Virus record (IMG/VR): IMGVR_UViG_3300036832_001373
Coordinates: 83,530-147,529 of that record
From: a virus
Length of the DNA: 64,000 nucleotides
Strand: one strand, 5' to 3'
This document shows positions 10,436-21,992 of the stretch, one piece after another. The notes under the pieces are model-generated. The model did no database searches. It worked only from the letters and a program-made list of their open reading frames with translations, and had not been told where the DNA came from. A program made the translations under genes and the position numbers. The first letter of the stretch is position 1, and every line of letters begins with the position of its first letter.

Positions 10436-10615
10436 TCAGGCCGAGGGAGATGTAGAGGGATCTTTGATCACTCTAACTCCAGGCGGCAATTTAGTACGAT
10501 TGACTGTAGTTGGAATTGTAATCTTAGACTTAGGAGGAACCCAATATGAATGCTCATCGTCTGCTTTAACTGATACTTGAGCATCATTCCGATTGTAGAT
10601 TGTAGTTGAGGTCAT
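10436..10615 (-). CDS. 59-aa stand-alone copy of the fibre N-terminal domain
   Basis: Hand translation MTSTTIYNRNDAQVSVKADDEHSYWVPPKSKITIPTTVNRTKLPPGVRV; RBS AGGAG; aligns with the N-termini of ORFs 10655, 17456 and 18472. Confidence 0.75.
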   Translation of the reverse strand: MTSTTIYNRNDAQVSVKADDEHSYWVPPKSKITIPTTVNRTKLPPGVRVIKDPSTSPSA

Positions 10616-10654
10616 AGTTCTAAACTCCTAAGTTGTGTTGTAGCTTTGAGATGT

Positions 10655-13600
10655 CTACTTTAATGCATAAGGAAATAGTGGATATATACCCGAGACAGCC
10701 GAGGTTGTATTCATAGTAATTGATCCTTCTCCACCAGCTGTACCATTCGTAACTGCAGTTAGAGTAGCTCCAAATTGAGCTAGAGGATAGGAAAACCCAG
10801 GAGCCGTAGGAGCAGGAGTTGTTGAGTTGTAATTCCAATTAATACCGTACCAAATATCACCAACCGAGTAATACGTCGCTAGATCCGTTCCATTACCATC
10901 TCCTCTATGAACGTGTGATATGGTAGCACTACCAGAAGTAAATGTACCATACTCAAGTTGAGCAGGAATCCAAACTCCTGTCTTGATAATTATAGTATAA
11001 CCAGTTAATGCCGTGTCTGGATTAAGATTTGAAACAAATGTCGAATTCCCAAGAGTATCAACTAGGATATTATTTTGCTGCTGAGTAGTTACAGGCACAT
11101 ACCCACCGCCACCACCAACGTTCGCTCCTACTATAGTAACAAGAAAGATGGTTCCAGTATTCTGATGATATAACAAATCTCCAGGAGAGAGTTTAAAAGC
11201 ACTACCGGAAACCATCAAAGATTGATCAAAGTGGAAAGTCATCGTATCAGCATTACCAGGATACGTAACAGTACCGCCTCCACCTACTGTAGTCATATCT
11301 ACGAGGTACTCTACTGGTACAGCCATATTCCACAAACGATATTGACTATCTTGATATAGATAACTTGCTTGACTCATTTGTCGTCTAGATAGAGAAATCG
11401 ATCTATTAATGATACTATCATGTATCAAAGTACCCTGAGTACTGGTAGGAGTCTGAAACCAAGTCCCTTTCAGATTATTAATCTGTAGACTTCTAGTCCC
11501 TCCTGGATTAAAACGACAAGGGCCAAGAATCATGCCACCGCAATAGTTCACTGCCTGTTGATGAACTACGTCCTGAGTCTGGAGATTTCCTAATCCATTG
11601 ATAGCACTCTGCCAGCTACCTCCATTAATTGTGAGGAAACCATATTTATCATTAAGAGTAGTTATCCGCGAGTAGCCATTAACTATTACGTTAGTTAAGA
11701 TCACATCAGCAGAAGCTGACATCATGGAATGTGGGATGCACCCATGCCCGTTGTCCTCATTAAAACCAAACGTACAATCGGAGACGTGCACGGCTGATGT
11801 AAAACTACCTCCAGAAAAATCACCAAGTCTTACTACGTCTTCGACATAAATATGAGAGATTTTTACAGGGCCTGCAGTCCCTAGATACAAATCAGCAATG
11901 TTATATCCCTGTCCTCCAGCGTTATTTTCTATAGGACCATATATACCTCCTCCCTCAGCACCAAACTTGTTGTTACATATAAAAGTATGGCAGTATTGCC
12001 ACATATTATTTCGAATTTCTACAGACCTTGATTGTGTGTTGGCTATGCAAATGGCATATGGCGCACATGTTACAGTACAATCACGTATATGAGTAAAATC
12101 TGCGTTTCCATCTCCGTTAGGTTGATTTACAATATCAACTCCAAAACCATCAACCTCAGTTTCTTCTATATGAACTTGACTAGAAGACCATGTAGGAATG
12201 GTACCCCCTCCCCAATTACCAGGAGTCGTCGCATTACCTCCAGGAGTGGTTGAAGGAGTATAAGTAAACTGCGTACCATTTGAAAGAACATTGCAGTTAT
12301 ATATGCCATTATAACTGCTAGGAACAGCATTAATTATTTGCAGCCATGTTGGTACAGCTGAAAGACCATGTGGATTCACAGCCGTAGCAGTCGCTGTAGT
12401 CCCAGATATAGTAATAGAAGACAAAGCAGCAGTAGCCCACCCATTTGGGTGATTATACCCTCCAGATATAACCCAAGCTGGGAGAGTTCTTGGTGGGTAG
12501 TTATTTGCTTGGGGAAATGCGCTGTATGCATCAACAGCAATCCCTGCATACGGAGCATATCTAGATATACCACCTCCATTGGTACCAATTGGGATCAGCT
12601 CTGGAGCTAACCAGTCATTTGCATTACCAGAATGGTTAAATCCCTGAGCCTGAGAACCTACAGCAAAGTTTGCATTTACTCCTACAATAGTAATACCTTT
12701 AATACCACTATGTCGTGAGCCTTGGATATTAACAGCAGGTCGATCCGTCTTAGTAGGATAAAAAACTGGAGCATTACCAATTGTAGCAGAAAAATTAGGT
12801 CTATAAGTACCAATCAATGTTATATCATACGCGTTGTTACCCCAACCAACGTGTAAAGTATCATCAATTCTATATTTTCCATAAGGAACCTTAACTACTG
12901 AACAACCATTCTGCATAGCAAAATCTAATGCTTGTTGGAACATAGGTGCATTATCTGTTCCTTGAGTTATACTATTATATACCGTAAACGAAACAGTTCC
13001 TGATGCAGGCATATTTCCATCAAGAGTTATGCTATTAGCAGTAGGCTTACTTTGAACAATCCTAGGGACTTGTGGAGCTAATGCTGAACCTTTTGACGCA
13101 TAATTAACAACCGCAAACTGCTGATTTACGTATATGCCAGATGCATCAGCTGCTCCATTCCTCTGAGTTATTCCTGTTATCGTTGGTGAGTTAGCAGTAG
13201 ATGTCCCAGTCCACTGTCCTGCACTAAATACCTGAGTGGAATAACCATCTCCAATGGTTCCAAACTCACCAGCATTGACAGGGTTCCTTGAATAGACTGG
13301 AGTCCATATTTTACTATCTACCGTAACTTCACCATATAGTCCAGTTGCAGAAGTTGACTTTTTATAAAGTAATGGAGTAGCTTCAAGGCTAGCAGCTGGA
13401 GGATAAGTTCCTGTACGTGCTCTTACATACACATAGTTATATGTGGATGCAATAGTGACACCAGGAGTAGTAAAAGCTGAGTAAGTATCAAAATTTAACG
13501 TGTCAACATTACCTATGCCAGCAGGTCCAGTAGCTCCTGGAGTTCCTGAAGCTCCTGGAACCCCAGAAGGACCAGTAGGTCCAGGAATTCCTGGAGTCCC

Positions 13601-14242
13601 GACTCCAGAGGGACCAGTAGGTCCAGGAGGCCCTGTAGCTCCTGCACTAGCTGCAGTTCCTGGTATTCCTGAGGGGCCAGCAGATCCAGTAGCTCCTTGA
13701 ACTCCAGTGGATCCGACTGGACCTGGAGATCCTGGAGTTCCAGATGTTCCAGGAGCCCCAGTAGCTCCAGCTGCTCCGGTAGGACCTGCTATACCAGTAG
13801 CTCCAGGAGGACCAGTAGCTCCAGACGCTCCTGCTGCTGATACAGTTCCAGGTATTCCTGAGGGACCAGATGCACCAGTAGCACCTGGTGCTCCCTGAAT
13901 TCCTATAGGACCCATTACCCCCTGAGAACCTTGAGGTCCAGTAGCTCCAGTGACCCCCTCAACCCCAGCTGGACCAGTAGCTCCTTGAGCTACAGCAGTT
14001 CCAGGTATTCCCTGAGGACCAGTAGGTCCTGTAGCTCCAGTATAATCTGGAGGTTTCTGAACGCTAGGGCCAGTAGCTCCGTCAGGATCTCCTGGATCTG
14101 CTACCCAAACACCTGTAGGTAAAGTACTAACAGTAGTTGGTATAGTAGTATAAGCATTGGCGGCAATCCAATAGATTTGCCCATCGTCACCATTAATCGC
14201 CACTTGATAGTTATTACTATTGTATAACGTAGTGAAGTTCAT
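10655..14242 (-). CDS. Collagen-stalked tailspike / putative polysaccharide depolymerase
   Basis: Gly-X-Y repeats (GAT/GPT) followed by pectate-lyase-like beta-helix entry motifs (EFGTIGDG, TDNAPMFQQALD, VPYGKYRI). Confidence 0.75.
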   Translation of the reverse strand: MNFTTLYNSNNYQVAINGDDGQIYWIAANAYTTIPTTVSTLPTGVWVADPGDPDGATGPSVQKPPDYTGATGPTGPQGIPGTAVAQGATGPAGVEGVTGATGPQGSQGVMGPIGIQGAPGATGASGPSGIPGTVSAAGASGATGPPGATGIAGPTGAAGATGAPGTSGTPGSPGPVGSTGVQGATGSAGPSGIPGTAASAGATGPPGPTGPSGVGTPGIPGPTGPSGVPGASGTPGATGPAGIGNVDTLNFDTYSAFTTPGVTIASTYNYVYVRARTGTYPPAASLEATPLLYKKSTSATGLYGEVTVDSKIWTPVYSRNPVNAGEFGTIGDGYSTQVFSAGQWTGTSTANSPTITGITQRNGAADASGIYVNQQFAVVNYASKGSALAPQVPRIVQSKPTANSITLDGNMPASGTVSFTVYNSITQGTDNAPMFQQALDFAMQNGCSVVKVPYGKYRIDDTLHVGWGNNAYDITLIGTYRPNFSATIGNAPVFYPTKTDRPAVNIQGSRHSGIKGITIVGVNANFAVGSQAQGFNHSGNANDWLAPELIPIGTNGGGISRYAPYAGIAVDAYSAFPQANNYPPRTLPAWVISGGYNHPNGWATAALSSITISGTTATATAVNPHGLSAVPTWLQIINAVPSSYNGIYNCNVLSNGTQFTYTPSTTPGGNATTPGNWGGGTIPTWSSSQVHIEETEVDGFGVDIVNQPNGDGNADFTHIRDCTVTCAPYAICIANTQSRSVEIRNNMWQYCHTFICNNKFGAEGGGIYGPIENNAGGQGYNIADLYLGTAGPVKISHIYVEDVVRLGDFSGGSFTSAVHVSDCTFGFNEDNGHGCIPHSMMSASADVILTNVIVNGYSRITTLNDKYGFLTINGGSWQSAINGLGNLQTQDVVHQQAVNYCGGMILGPCRFNPGGTRSLQINNLKGTWFQTPTSTQGTLIHDSIINRSISLSRRQMSQASYLYQDSQYRLWNMAVPVEYLVDMTTVGGGGTVTYPGNADTMTFHFDQSLMVSGSAFKLSPGDLLYHQNTGTIFLVTIVGANVGGGGGYVPVTTQQQNNILVDTLGNSTFVSNLNPDTALTGYTIIIKTGVWIPAQLEYGTFTSGSATISHVHRGDGNGTDLATYYSVGDIWYGINWNYNSTTPAPTAPGFSYPLAQFGATLTAVTNGTAGGEGSITMNTTSAVSGIYPLFPYALK

Positions 14243-14261
14243 ATCTTATTCCTCTTAACTT

Positions 14262-17200
14262 TTAGTAACCAGTACATTTATAACTGATAATATCACTTGC
14301 TGCAGCGTTAACTGAACGAACTGTGAGTGTAGCTGAGGTCGTAGTTGATGCAGTCTGTTGGAGAACCACTCCAGTAGTTGTCATATCATTTCCGTTACAT
14401 GCGTATCCATTAGGAGCTGCAAGAAGTGAGGAAAGAATAATAGTTGAGGCTATGTTGCAGGCAGCTGTAGAGGTCCAAGTTCCTGCAGAAGAACTTCCAA
14501 CGACTGTTACTCCTGTTGTACAGGTTCCAGTAGTCCCGACTGGAGCGGGATCGCTCATTGACTGAGCTACAACCCAATTATTATTCGAATTACAAACAGC
14601 TGTCACTTTGTTTGTACCACCTCCAGCCACAACTGCTCCTAGAGCAGCAACTGTACTATCATTGATAGTAGCTCTTAGTCCTAGGTAATTTCCCCCAAAA
14701 CAACCTGGCACTGCTGAGAACGCACTACCGTTATCACTCCAAGCAATTTGGACAAGCCATTGATTAACTCCACTACAAACTGCTTGAACCCAATTTGAAC
14801 CTCCTCCAGCTACGATAGTCCCTGGAACAATCGTTGTACTATCACTAACAACAGCTTGTAGCCCCACAGTAAAAGAACCGTTACATGTAGGGAGTGTAGA
14901 ATACGCAACACCAGTACCTGACTCTATTCCAAGAATAGTTTTTATCCTACCATAGCCTATAGCTGGCAACGGTAGAATTGGCCAAGTCCCAGTTAACAAA
15001 GATGGTTGAGTTAGAGTTATAGTTGTTGATCCGACTGTATTTATTTTAGTACCTGGAGAAATTGGCCAATTAAAGTCTGGTTGAACATCACCTGCTAACT
15101 CAGTAACGGCATTTGCCCAAAAAGAGTCACCCACGTTAAAAGAGCCCGTTGGGTTGCCTCCTGTCGCTGGATTTTTAATATTTGAAATAGTAGTTGATCC
15201 TTTTATGAAATCCCCAAAGAATAGTCTACCTGGAACCATCGTGTTAGTATGAACGAAATACGTATTCGGATTTCCAGTTGGGAAATTTCCACTTGTTGCG
15301 CCACCTATAAAATTATTTCCTGTACAAGCACCAGTACTAGTATTTAGCTTCATATTATTCATTTGACGAGCAGTAAAAGTAACTGGACTTGTACCTGTTA
15401 CACTTGTAATTACCCACGATGTTCCGGTATCAGAGTTGTACATCAAATCTCCAACACCAGCATTATAAATCTGATTGGCTGGATTAACGAATCCAGGGTC
15501 CATATTAAATGTTAGAACATCACATGAAGAAAACACTCCTGGTCCTGTTACAACCATTCCTCCTACAGCACTTAAATCCTGAGCATTAGCTATCATTGGT
15601 CTTGCAGCAAAATTGACCTTATTACCTTCGTAATCTATTAAACCAGTCGTTGACTGAAGATACTGTATAGAACTAGCAGTAAATGATAGATAATTCCCCA
15701 TTTGTTGGAAACCAAGTGAAGTACCTCCACTAGATAACGCACTAGTAGTAGTTGGTGTCAACCAAGTTAGGTACTCATTAGGGGCTTGTGCTTGTACCAT
15801 TCCAACATAAGTGTTACCTACAAATAATGATCCAGTAAAATTAACTGCCTGTTGCATAGCCATTGTTGGAAATAGAGATGCAATATCTTGAGCACCACTC
15901 CAAGTTCCACCATCGATCTCCATATACGATCTTACACCAGCGGGTGTATGTAATACTGTCTGAATACGTCCCCAAGAATTTAGAGTACACTGTCTAAGAA
16001 CTAGATTACTTCTCTGAGCAAATTCAATTAGTGCAGCTGGAGACACTCCAGTAGAGTGGTCATTGAAATTTAGATTACAATTCTCTAAGTGTACATCACC
16101 AGCAGGAGTTGCACCACCACCAAACGATCCAATTCTAACTAGTTGATCCGAGGTTATATCTTTACAATGGATCCAACCTTGGACCTGCATAGCTCCAATT
16201 TGGAAGATTTGGTAGCTATTCTTAACATTTATATTGTCACACCAAGGAGTTAAATTACCTTGTTGTATACCAAAAGCATTATTAGAGATAACAGTAAAAT
16301 TACCAAAAGCTGCAACATCTGTTATTCTGTTAGATCGAGACAGATCATGATTGATAGAAAAGCAGTAAGTACTATACTTACACACAAAACCCTTAATGTA
16401 TATTAAGTCACCACCATTATCAGAGTCAAAACTTCCTGGGTTAACGTTTGTACAAACTGCAAATCCTTCGCATCGGATTTCCTCAACAGATATACCTGAT
16501 GAATAGTTCTTATTGTATTGTGCCGTGCAAGGAGGAGAGTTGCATGTCCAAGATGGATAGCTTACAGGAGGATACTGAGTTGTTTGACCTCCAGCTGTTC
16601 CACTTCCTGAATACGAATTAACACAGATTGCTCCGTAGGGAGAATATCGAGTTAGTCCTCCAGGATTCGAACCGGTTGGAACTAAAGTTGGATCAAACCA
16701 ACCAGCAGCCGTAGTAGGGTATGGAGGAGTTAAAGATGTCGAGCCAATATAACCTTTGTTTGCTCCAATGATAGATATTCCTCGTATAGAAGAATTAAGA
16801 GCACCTTGAAAATTGAAAACACATCTATCAGTCTTAGTTGGCTTAAAGATAACTCCAGCTAGTAGATTGTCTGACATCATACGTCTATAGTTACAAGATG
16901 TAAAATTGATTGCAGTTTGTGATGGTATATCGTATCCATATCCAAGATGGATCGTATCAGAAGTAACATAAGCTCCATCATTGATACAAACAGTGTTAAA
17001 ATGATACCTTAGAGCATAATCGATCGATAGCTGAATTACAGAAGTATCATCAGCAACACCATCCCCTATAGTACCAAACTGACATGTCCGAACTGGACTG
17101 GTGGCGTAGACTGGCTGCCAGAACGTACCGCCTTTATTAACTTCTCCAGGAACATTTGTTGCAGTAGTAGTACCTTTCCTATAAGTCAGTGGACAAGCGT

Positions 17201-17471
17201 CTTTTGTCGTACCAGAGGTAACACCATTCATAGAAGCGATAGTTACATAACTAATACCATTAGGAGGAGCAACAAAAGCAGATGGAGTATCGTAGACAAC
17301 AGCATTACTAGCAGTACCAACTGATCCAAATGGAATAGGGCTAGGCTCAGCCGGACTAGCACCAGAGTTTCCACAAAGTGTATTAGGTGGAAATCGTCCA
17401 GTACATGTCTGTGCTGTAGCTGGTAAAGAAGCCAGCAGTAGAGCAATTAAACTAATTAGGACCTGTACCAT
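14262..17471 (-). CDS. Beta-helix tailspike/depolymerase paralog with signal-peptide-like N-terminus
   Basis: [13 protein letters not shown]; shares PTKTDR, RYSPY/RYAPY and QQAVN with ORF 10655; N-terminus [21 protein letters not shown]. Confidence 0.7.
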   Translation of the reverse strand: MVQVLISLIALLLASLPATAQTCTGRFPPNTLCGNSGASPAEPSPIPFGSVGTASNAVVYDTPSAFVAPPNGISYVTIASMNGVTSGTTKDACPLTYRKGTTTATNVPGEVNKGGTFWQPVYATSPVRTCQFGTIGDGVADDTSVIQLSIDYALRYHFNTVCINDGAYVTSDTIHLGYGYDIPSQTAINFTSCNYRRMMSDNLLAGVIFKPTKTDRCVFNFQGALNSSIRGISIIGANKGYIGSTSLTPPYPTTAAGWFDPTLVPTGSNPGGLTRYSPYGAICVNSYSGSGTAGGQTTQYPPVSYPSWTCNSPPCTAQYNKNYSSGISVEEIRCEGFAVCTNVNPGSFDSDNGGDLIYIKGFVCKYSTYCFSINHDLSRSNRITDVAAFGNFTVISNNAFGIQQGNLTPWCDNINVKNSYQIFQIGAMQVQGWIHCKDITSDQLVRIGSFGGGATPAGDVHLENCNLNFNDHSTGVSPAALIEFAQRSNLVLRQCTLNSWGRIQTVLHTPAGVRSYMEIDGGTWSGAQDIASLFPTMAMQQAVNFTGSLFVGNTYVGMVQAQAPNEYLTWLTPTTTSALSSGGTSLGFQQMGNYLSFTASSIQYLQSTTGLIDYEGNKVNFAARPMIANAQDLSAVGGMVVTGPGVFSSCDVLTFNMDPGFVNPANQIYNAGVGDLMYNSDTGTSWVITSVTGTSPVTFTARQMNNMKLNTSTGACTGNNFIGGATSGNFPTGNPNTYFVHTNTMVPGRLFFGDFIKGSTTISNIKNPATGGNPTGSFNVGDSFWANAVTELAGDVQPDFNWPISPGTKINTVGSTTITLTQPSLLTGTWPILPLPAIGYGRIKTILGIESGTGVAYSTLPTCNGSFTVGLQAVVSDSTTIVPGTIVAGGGSNWVQAVCSGVNQWLVQIAWSDNGSAFSAVPGCFGGNYLGLRATINDSTVAALGAVVAGGGTNKVTAVCNSNNNWVVAQSMSDPAPVGTTGTCTTGVTVVGSSSAGTWTSTAACNIASTIILSSLLAAPNGYACNGNDMTTTGVVLQQTASTTTSATLTVRSVNAAASDIISYKCTGY

Positions 17472-18457
17472 GCACCGCCTCCAGGCTTTGGGCTTACAAT
17501 AACCCAGCCATAGTCATTACCAATAGTAATAGTTGAATCCCCATCACACTTCTCAGAAGAAGTAAATGCAACCGTGATAGCTCCAGTACTAGCACTGCCT
17601 CGAAAGTCTTTAATCAACACTCCAACTGAGAAGGCCTCAGGAGCCATACTTGAAGCAAGTGGTAGTGTAACTGTTGTAGGTGTTGTTGGTGGCGTGTTTA
17701 CCAACACTCTCTGTACGTTCGTAGCAACTGTGTACGGTGAGGTAGTAATAGTTGCTTGGTTAAAATTGGAACCAGGTCCAACTGGACCTGGAGGCCCTGA
17801 GGGTCCTGTAGGTCCTTGAGAACCTATAGGTCCTAGAGGTCCTGTAGCTCCTACCCCAGTTGGTCCCGTAGCCCCAGGAGGACCGAGAGGACCTTGAGAT
17901 CCAAGAGCTCCTGTAGCTCCTTGAACTCCTGTAGGTCCTTGAGTTCCTAGAACTCCTGTTGATCCGGTAGATCCTTGAGGTCCTAAAAGTCCTTGAACTC
18001 CTGTAGGTCCAGTTGATCCAGGTAAAGAAGGACCAGTAGGTCCAGTAGCTCCTTGAGTACTAGCTGTACCAGGAGGGCCAGTGGAGCCTGTAGCTCCTAT
18101 AGTACTAGCTGGACCAGGAGGTCCAGTTGAGCCTGTAGCACCTAGAGAACCAGTTGCTCCAGAAATTCCTACTCCTGTAGCTCCAGCAGGACCAGTAGGT
18201 CCAGTGGCTCCCTTATATTGTACTATACCTAAAGAGCCTGGAGGAACATAGGGACCAGTCGCCCCAGTAGCTCCCTGAACTACCCAGACACCAGGGGGAA
18301 GTGTACTTACAGTAGAAGGTATAGTAGTATAATCATTAGCAGTTATCCAATAGGTGTTACCATCGTCTGCATGAATACCAACTTGGTAATCATTACTATT
18401 ATAAAGAATAGTAGGAGCTTGTGTGCTAGTTAGATTTCTTAGAGTTGGTATGTTCAT
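17456..18457 (-). CDS. Collagen-like fibre protein
   Basis: Shared N-terminal domain, GXY repeats, and a C-terminal fibre-tip-like domain (VTLPLA...IKD...W). Confidence 0.75.
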   Translation of the reverse strand: MNIPTLRNLTSTQAPTILYNSNDYQVGIHADDGNTYWITANDYTTIPSTVSTLPPGVWVVQGATGATGPYVPPGSLGIVQYKGATGPTGPAGATGVGISGATGSLGATGSTGPPGPASTIGATGSTGPPGTASTQGATGPTGPSLPGSTGPTGVQGLLGPQGSTGSTGVLGTQGPTGVQGATGALGSQGPLGPPGATGPTGVGATGPLGPIGSQGPTGPSGPPGPVGPGSNFNQATITTSPYTVATNVQRVLVNTPPTTPTTVTLPLASSMAPEAFSVGVLIKDFRGSASTGAITVAFTSSEKCDGDSTITIGNDYGWVIVSPKPGGGAWYRS

Positions 18458-18471
18458 CTACCAAACCTCTA

Positions 18472-19770
18472 TCATAGAAGTTGCCAAGCAATTGTTGAGG
18501 TATCTGTAGTTGAAGATGATGTAACAGTAAAACTAGTTCCAACAGTACGACTTGAGACCCTCAACCATCCAGGCGTTCCACCATCTATCTGAGAAGTCAA
18601 GAATATATTAGAAGTAGATTGAACAGCAGTAGTGCTTACAACAGCAGTACCTCCAGACAATACAGCTGTTCCAATAGTACCGGAAGGTCCTGTAGCTCCT
18701 TGAGGACCAGTTGGGCCAGTTGCCCCTACTCCTGTAGCTCCTGTAGGTCCTCCAGACGGCCCCGTAGCTCCAGTTAAACCTGTTATTCCAGTCGCTCCTA
18801 CCCCTGTAGCTCCTGTAGCTCCTATTCCAGTTGGCCCAGTAGCTCCAGTTGGACCTTGGACTCCTGTAGGTCCAGGAACTACAGACGACGCTCCAGTTGC
18901 TCCAGTTGGACCAGTACCTCCAAGAAAGCCAGTAGCCCCAGTAGCTCCAGCTCCAGTAGGTCCAGTAGCACCAACTGGACCAGCAGGACCTATTGTAGTA
19001 GATGCTGCTCCAGTTGCTCCTGTAGCACCTACTCCAGCTGGTCCTGTAGCTCCAGTAGATCCAGCAATCGTAGAAGCAGCTCCTGTAGCTCCCGTAGGAC
19101 CTACACCAGAGGGTCCAGTAGAACCTGTAGCTCCGACACCTCCCTGTAATCCTATAGGACCAATTAGACCTTGAGGCCCAATAGGACCTGTAGCTCCGGT
19201 TGATCCCTGAGTAGTAGCTGGACCTGGAGGTCCAGTAGCTCCAGTGGGTCCTAGTGGACCGGTAGCACCAGCACCAGTTGGACCAGTTGAACCCACTGGT
19301 CCCGGAGGACCGGGAGAACCAACCGGACCTATGGTACCACCAGGACCAGTAGCTCCTGTAGGACCAGTAGTCCCTACTCCAGTGGAACCTTTAGGACCAG
19401 TTGGACCTGTAGCCCCAGAAGATCCAAAAGGTCCAGTTGGACCATCAGGGCCTGTAGCTCCGGTAGCGCCAGCACCAGTTGGACCTGTAGCTCCAGAAGG
19501 ACCAGGAGGTCCAGTAGCACCTATAGTATCAGCTGGACCAGGAGGTCCGGTAGCTCCAGTAGCTCCTGTGAAGAAAGGAGGTCCTGGACCTGTAGCACCG
19601 GTAGCTCCTGAGGGAGCATCGGCTATCCACACTCCAGTAGGGAGTGTAACTGAATCTACGGTAGCAGGTATTACAGTGTAATCGTTAGCCTTAATCCAAT
19701 ATGTATTGCTGTCATCAGCAGTAACTCCAACTTGATAGTTATTACTATTATAGAGTACAGTTACATCCAT
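18472..19770 (-). CDS. Collagen-like fibre protein
   Basis: Shared N-terminal domain, about 300 aa of GAT/GPT repeats, small beta C-terminal domain. Confidence 0.75.
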   Translation of the reverse strand: MDVTVLYNSNNYQVGVTADDSNTYWIKANDYTVIPATVDSVTLPTGVWIADAPSGATGATGPGPPFFTGATGATGPPGPADTIGATGPPGPSGATGPTGAGATGATGPDGPTGPFGSSGATGPTGPKGSTGVGTTGPTGATGPGGTIGPVGSPGPPGPVGSTGPTGAGATGPLGPTGATGPPGPATTQGSTGATGPIGPQGLIGPIGLQGGVGATGSTGPSGVGPTGATGAASTIAGSTGATGPAGVGATGATGAASTTIGPAGPVGATGPTGAGATGATGFLGGTGPTGATGASSVVPGPTGVQGPTGATGPTGIGATGATGVGATGITGLTGATGPSGGPTGATGVGATGPTGPQGATGPSGTIGTAVLSGGTAVVSTTAVQSTSNIFLTSQIDGGTPGWLRVSSRTVGTSFTVTSSSTTDTSTIAWQLL

Positions 19771-19784
19771 AGTTTAGATCTCTA

Positions 19785-20129
19785 TTATCCAACGATCCAA
19801 TTAGAGCCATCCCAGAAGACAGGTATTAGAGTGTTACCTCCTCCAACAACTGGAGAGCCAAAAACTGGACTTAAAGCATCAGTTACAAACATCTTAGTTG
19901 CAGTACAAAGTGTAGTTGGTAGATTAGCTACGAGTACTTTTGGAAACTTCACTCCATTCAAAAAGAATAGATTTGATAGTTGTTGAAGAGTAATCCTATA
20001 CGTAGTAAAGCCAGTATCACTAGTTGAGTCGACCTGATTAATAATGATATAATCAGGGAGAGTCGTTGTAGCAGCTACGTCAAGATCTGAGACCTTAAGA
20101 AGAGCAGTTGGATATGCAAGACAGGTCAT
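19785..20129 (-). CDS. Small virion/fibre-associated protein
   Basis: C-terminal LP...FVTD...GGG...WDGSNW module also seen in ORFs 14262 (twice) and 34815. Confidence 0.55.
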   Translation of the reverse strand: MTCLAYPTALLKVSDLDVAATTTLPDYIIINQVDSTSDTGFTTYRITLQQLSNLFFLNGVKFPKVLVANLPTTLCTATKMFVTDALSPVFGSPVVGGGNTLIPVFWDGSNWIVG

Positions 20130-20950
20130 TTATTAGTCTCCAAAGGAACTTGCTCCTCTGTTGCTATAGCATTAGTATTCTCATCAGTTAACACGTAAAC
20201 ATTATTATCCTTTATCGGAGTATTGCTATCAATTATTATACCTACAATCTTGTAAGTTGGAGGACAAACTGGGGACCTATAGTTAAGATCGATATGGTCT
20301 ATGCGCTTAACAGGTTCAGACTCTCCTAGAATACATCTACATTCAAAAGGCACCATTATTGAGAGAAGAGACCCTCTACCTTTCAGTCTATCTGGTAGAC
20401 TTGGAATTTTATCGTATCTTGGATTACCTATCTCAATCCTATAAGGAGATTGGGTATGAAGAATTTGAGAGTCATAGTGATATAAAGTGGACTTTTCCCT
20501 GATACCTTTACGGTACAGTCCATCGAACAACATTTCCGTATATTCAACTTTAAAATCATATACTCTAAGAACATACAAAAGGATAGCTGGAACTACAGTC
20601 ATTTGCCATTTAGATTGAACTGGCTCTCTTATATTGTTTGGATGAGTTGATAAAGCTGGATCCCAAGGACGAAGAGCGTGATCATATGTACGTTCTACTA
20701 CTTCAGTAGTACTTCTGGAGAAGTAGGCAAATGGTAGGGTAATATTTCCAATATTCTCAGGATGTCTTAGTTGATAAAGATACGAGGCATAGTCCAAATC
20801 GTCTCTAGGAGAATAAATTACTTGACTAGGATCAATCCATATAAAAGGAGAAATATAATTTAATAAGTCGTACATACGATATTCTAGTTCACGATTTATC
20901 TCACTCAGAGTGCTTAAAGCATTATCTCCAGAACAGGGATCGTTTGTCAT
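20126..20950 (-). CDS. Putative tail terminator / sheath stabiliser (gp15-like)
   Basis: Size, ITLPFAYFSR motif and position between neck and sheath genes; weak call. Confidence 0.4.
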   Translation of the reverse strand: MTNDPCSGDNALSTLSEINRELEYRMYDLLNYISPFIWIDPSQVIYSPRDDLDYASYLYQLRHPENIGNITLPFAYFSRSTTEVVERTYDHALRPWDPALSTHPNNIREPVQSKWQMTVVPAILLYVLRVYDFKVEYTEMLFDGLYRKGIREKSTLYHYDSQILHTQSPYRIEIGNPRYDKIPSLPDRLKGRGSLLSIMVPFECRCILGESEPVKRIDHIDLNYRSPVCPPTYKIVGIIIDSNTPIKDNNVYVLTDENTNAIATEEQVPLETNK

Positions 20951-21288
20951 TCTTGATTCGTATAGTCTCTACTAAATGTGCCTTTAAAGCGTCTACCAGA
21001 CAGATCATGTTTGTCTTTATTTCCGTACTTATCGTCATCATCCATAGAACCATCTCCGATACCAGTATCAGAAACGCCTCCAGCAGAGGAAGTAGCGTCT
21101 CCTACCCCTTGAGTTCCAGGTATTTTTGTAGGAGTACCAACAACAGTACTACGTTGAATAAAATCCTGTCCTTTATTGAAACTACCAGTTCTACTATTAT
21201 CAGATTTAAAATTTAAAGTTGGAATTTTAGGATCAGCACTACCGATCCTAGCATCAACTAGAGCTCTGATTTTATCTATAGTACTCAT
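20947..21288 (-). CDS. Hypothetical protein with leader MSTIDKIRALVDAR
   Basis: Operonic overlap; leader similar to that of ORF 57798. Confidence 0.6.
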   Translation of the reverse strand: MSTIDKIRALVDARIGSADPKIPTLNFKSDNSRTGSFNKGQDFIQRSTVVGTPTKIPGTQGVGDATSSAGGVSDTGIGDGSMDDDDKYGNKDKHDLSGRRFKGTFSRDYTNQE

Positions 21289-21299
21289 GAGACATTTCC

Positions 21300-21992
21300 T
21301 TAGGCTGGAAAAGGATGATTAAATCCGAAAGCACCTACTTGTGGTCTAAATGATAGCAACCATGCAATCTGATGCCTATTAGTGTTACTATTAACGGTAT
21401 TATAAGTTATGGAACTCCCATCAGAAATCAAATGACCTCCAGATAAGCCACAATATCCTCCAGCAACTATGACTCCAGTAAAAGGAGGAATTAGCGTACT
21501 AGGAGTTGTAGTAACAACATCTCCAGTTCCTCTTGGATCTACAGCACAAAATCCTACTACAAGATCTCCTTTAGCAGGAGTGCCAGTTACTGAAACATTG
21601 TTAGTTGCACTAACTGGACCAGAAATCAAATTAGTTGGATCAGAAGATGTCTTAATTCCTGTAGCATAGAATGCACTAACTGCTGTCCCTCTTCCAGAGC
21701 TACCTTTTGTATAAATTATAGTATCTCCTGCAACTAATGGATTAGAGTTCCATGCAATATAGACTGCTGCCCAACCATAAGTATTATTGTTATTATTAGC
21801 TGCGCTAACTTTCTTAAGAAAAGAATTAGCTGATTTAGAGTCAGCTACACTTCCTGAAGCTGTAGTGCTATCTTCATTAACTCCTATACATATAAAACTT
21901 CCACTTGGAACTCCTCCTGTAGGTACAGTCACGCTAGTAGTAGCACCACTAACACTATTGCCAGTTCCTATATCAACAACCGTTATAGTCAT
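21300..21992 (-). CDS. Beta-rich virion structural protein
   Basis: G/S/T/V-rich; overlaps the stop of the upstream fibre gene. Confidence 0.55.
   Translation of the reverse strand: MTITVVDIGTGNSVSGATTSVTVPTGGVPSGSFICIGVNEDSTTASGSVADSKSANSFLKKVSAANNNNNTYGWAAVYIAWNSNPLVAGDTIIYTKGSSGRGTAVSAFYATGIKTSSDPTNLISGPVSATNNVSVTGTPAKGDLVVGFCAVDPRGTGDVVTTTPSTLIPPFTGVIVAGGYCGLSGGHLISDGSSITYNTVNSNTNRHQIAWLLSFRPQVGAFGFNHPFPA

Noticed and set aside
10655-17471. Diversity-generating retroelement acting on tailspikes
   Set aside because: No reverse transcriptase and no near-identical template/variable repeat pair seen; the similarity is old protein-level paralogy.
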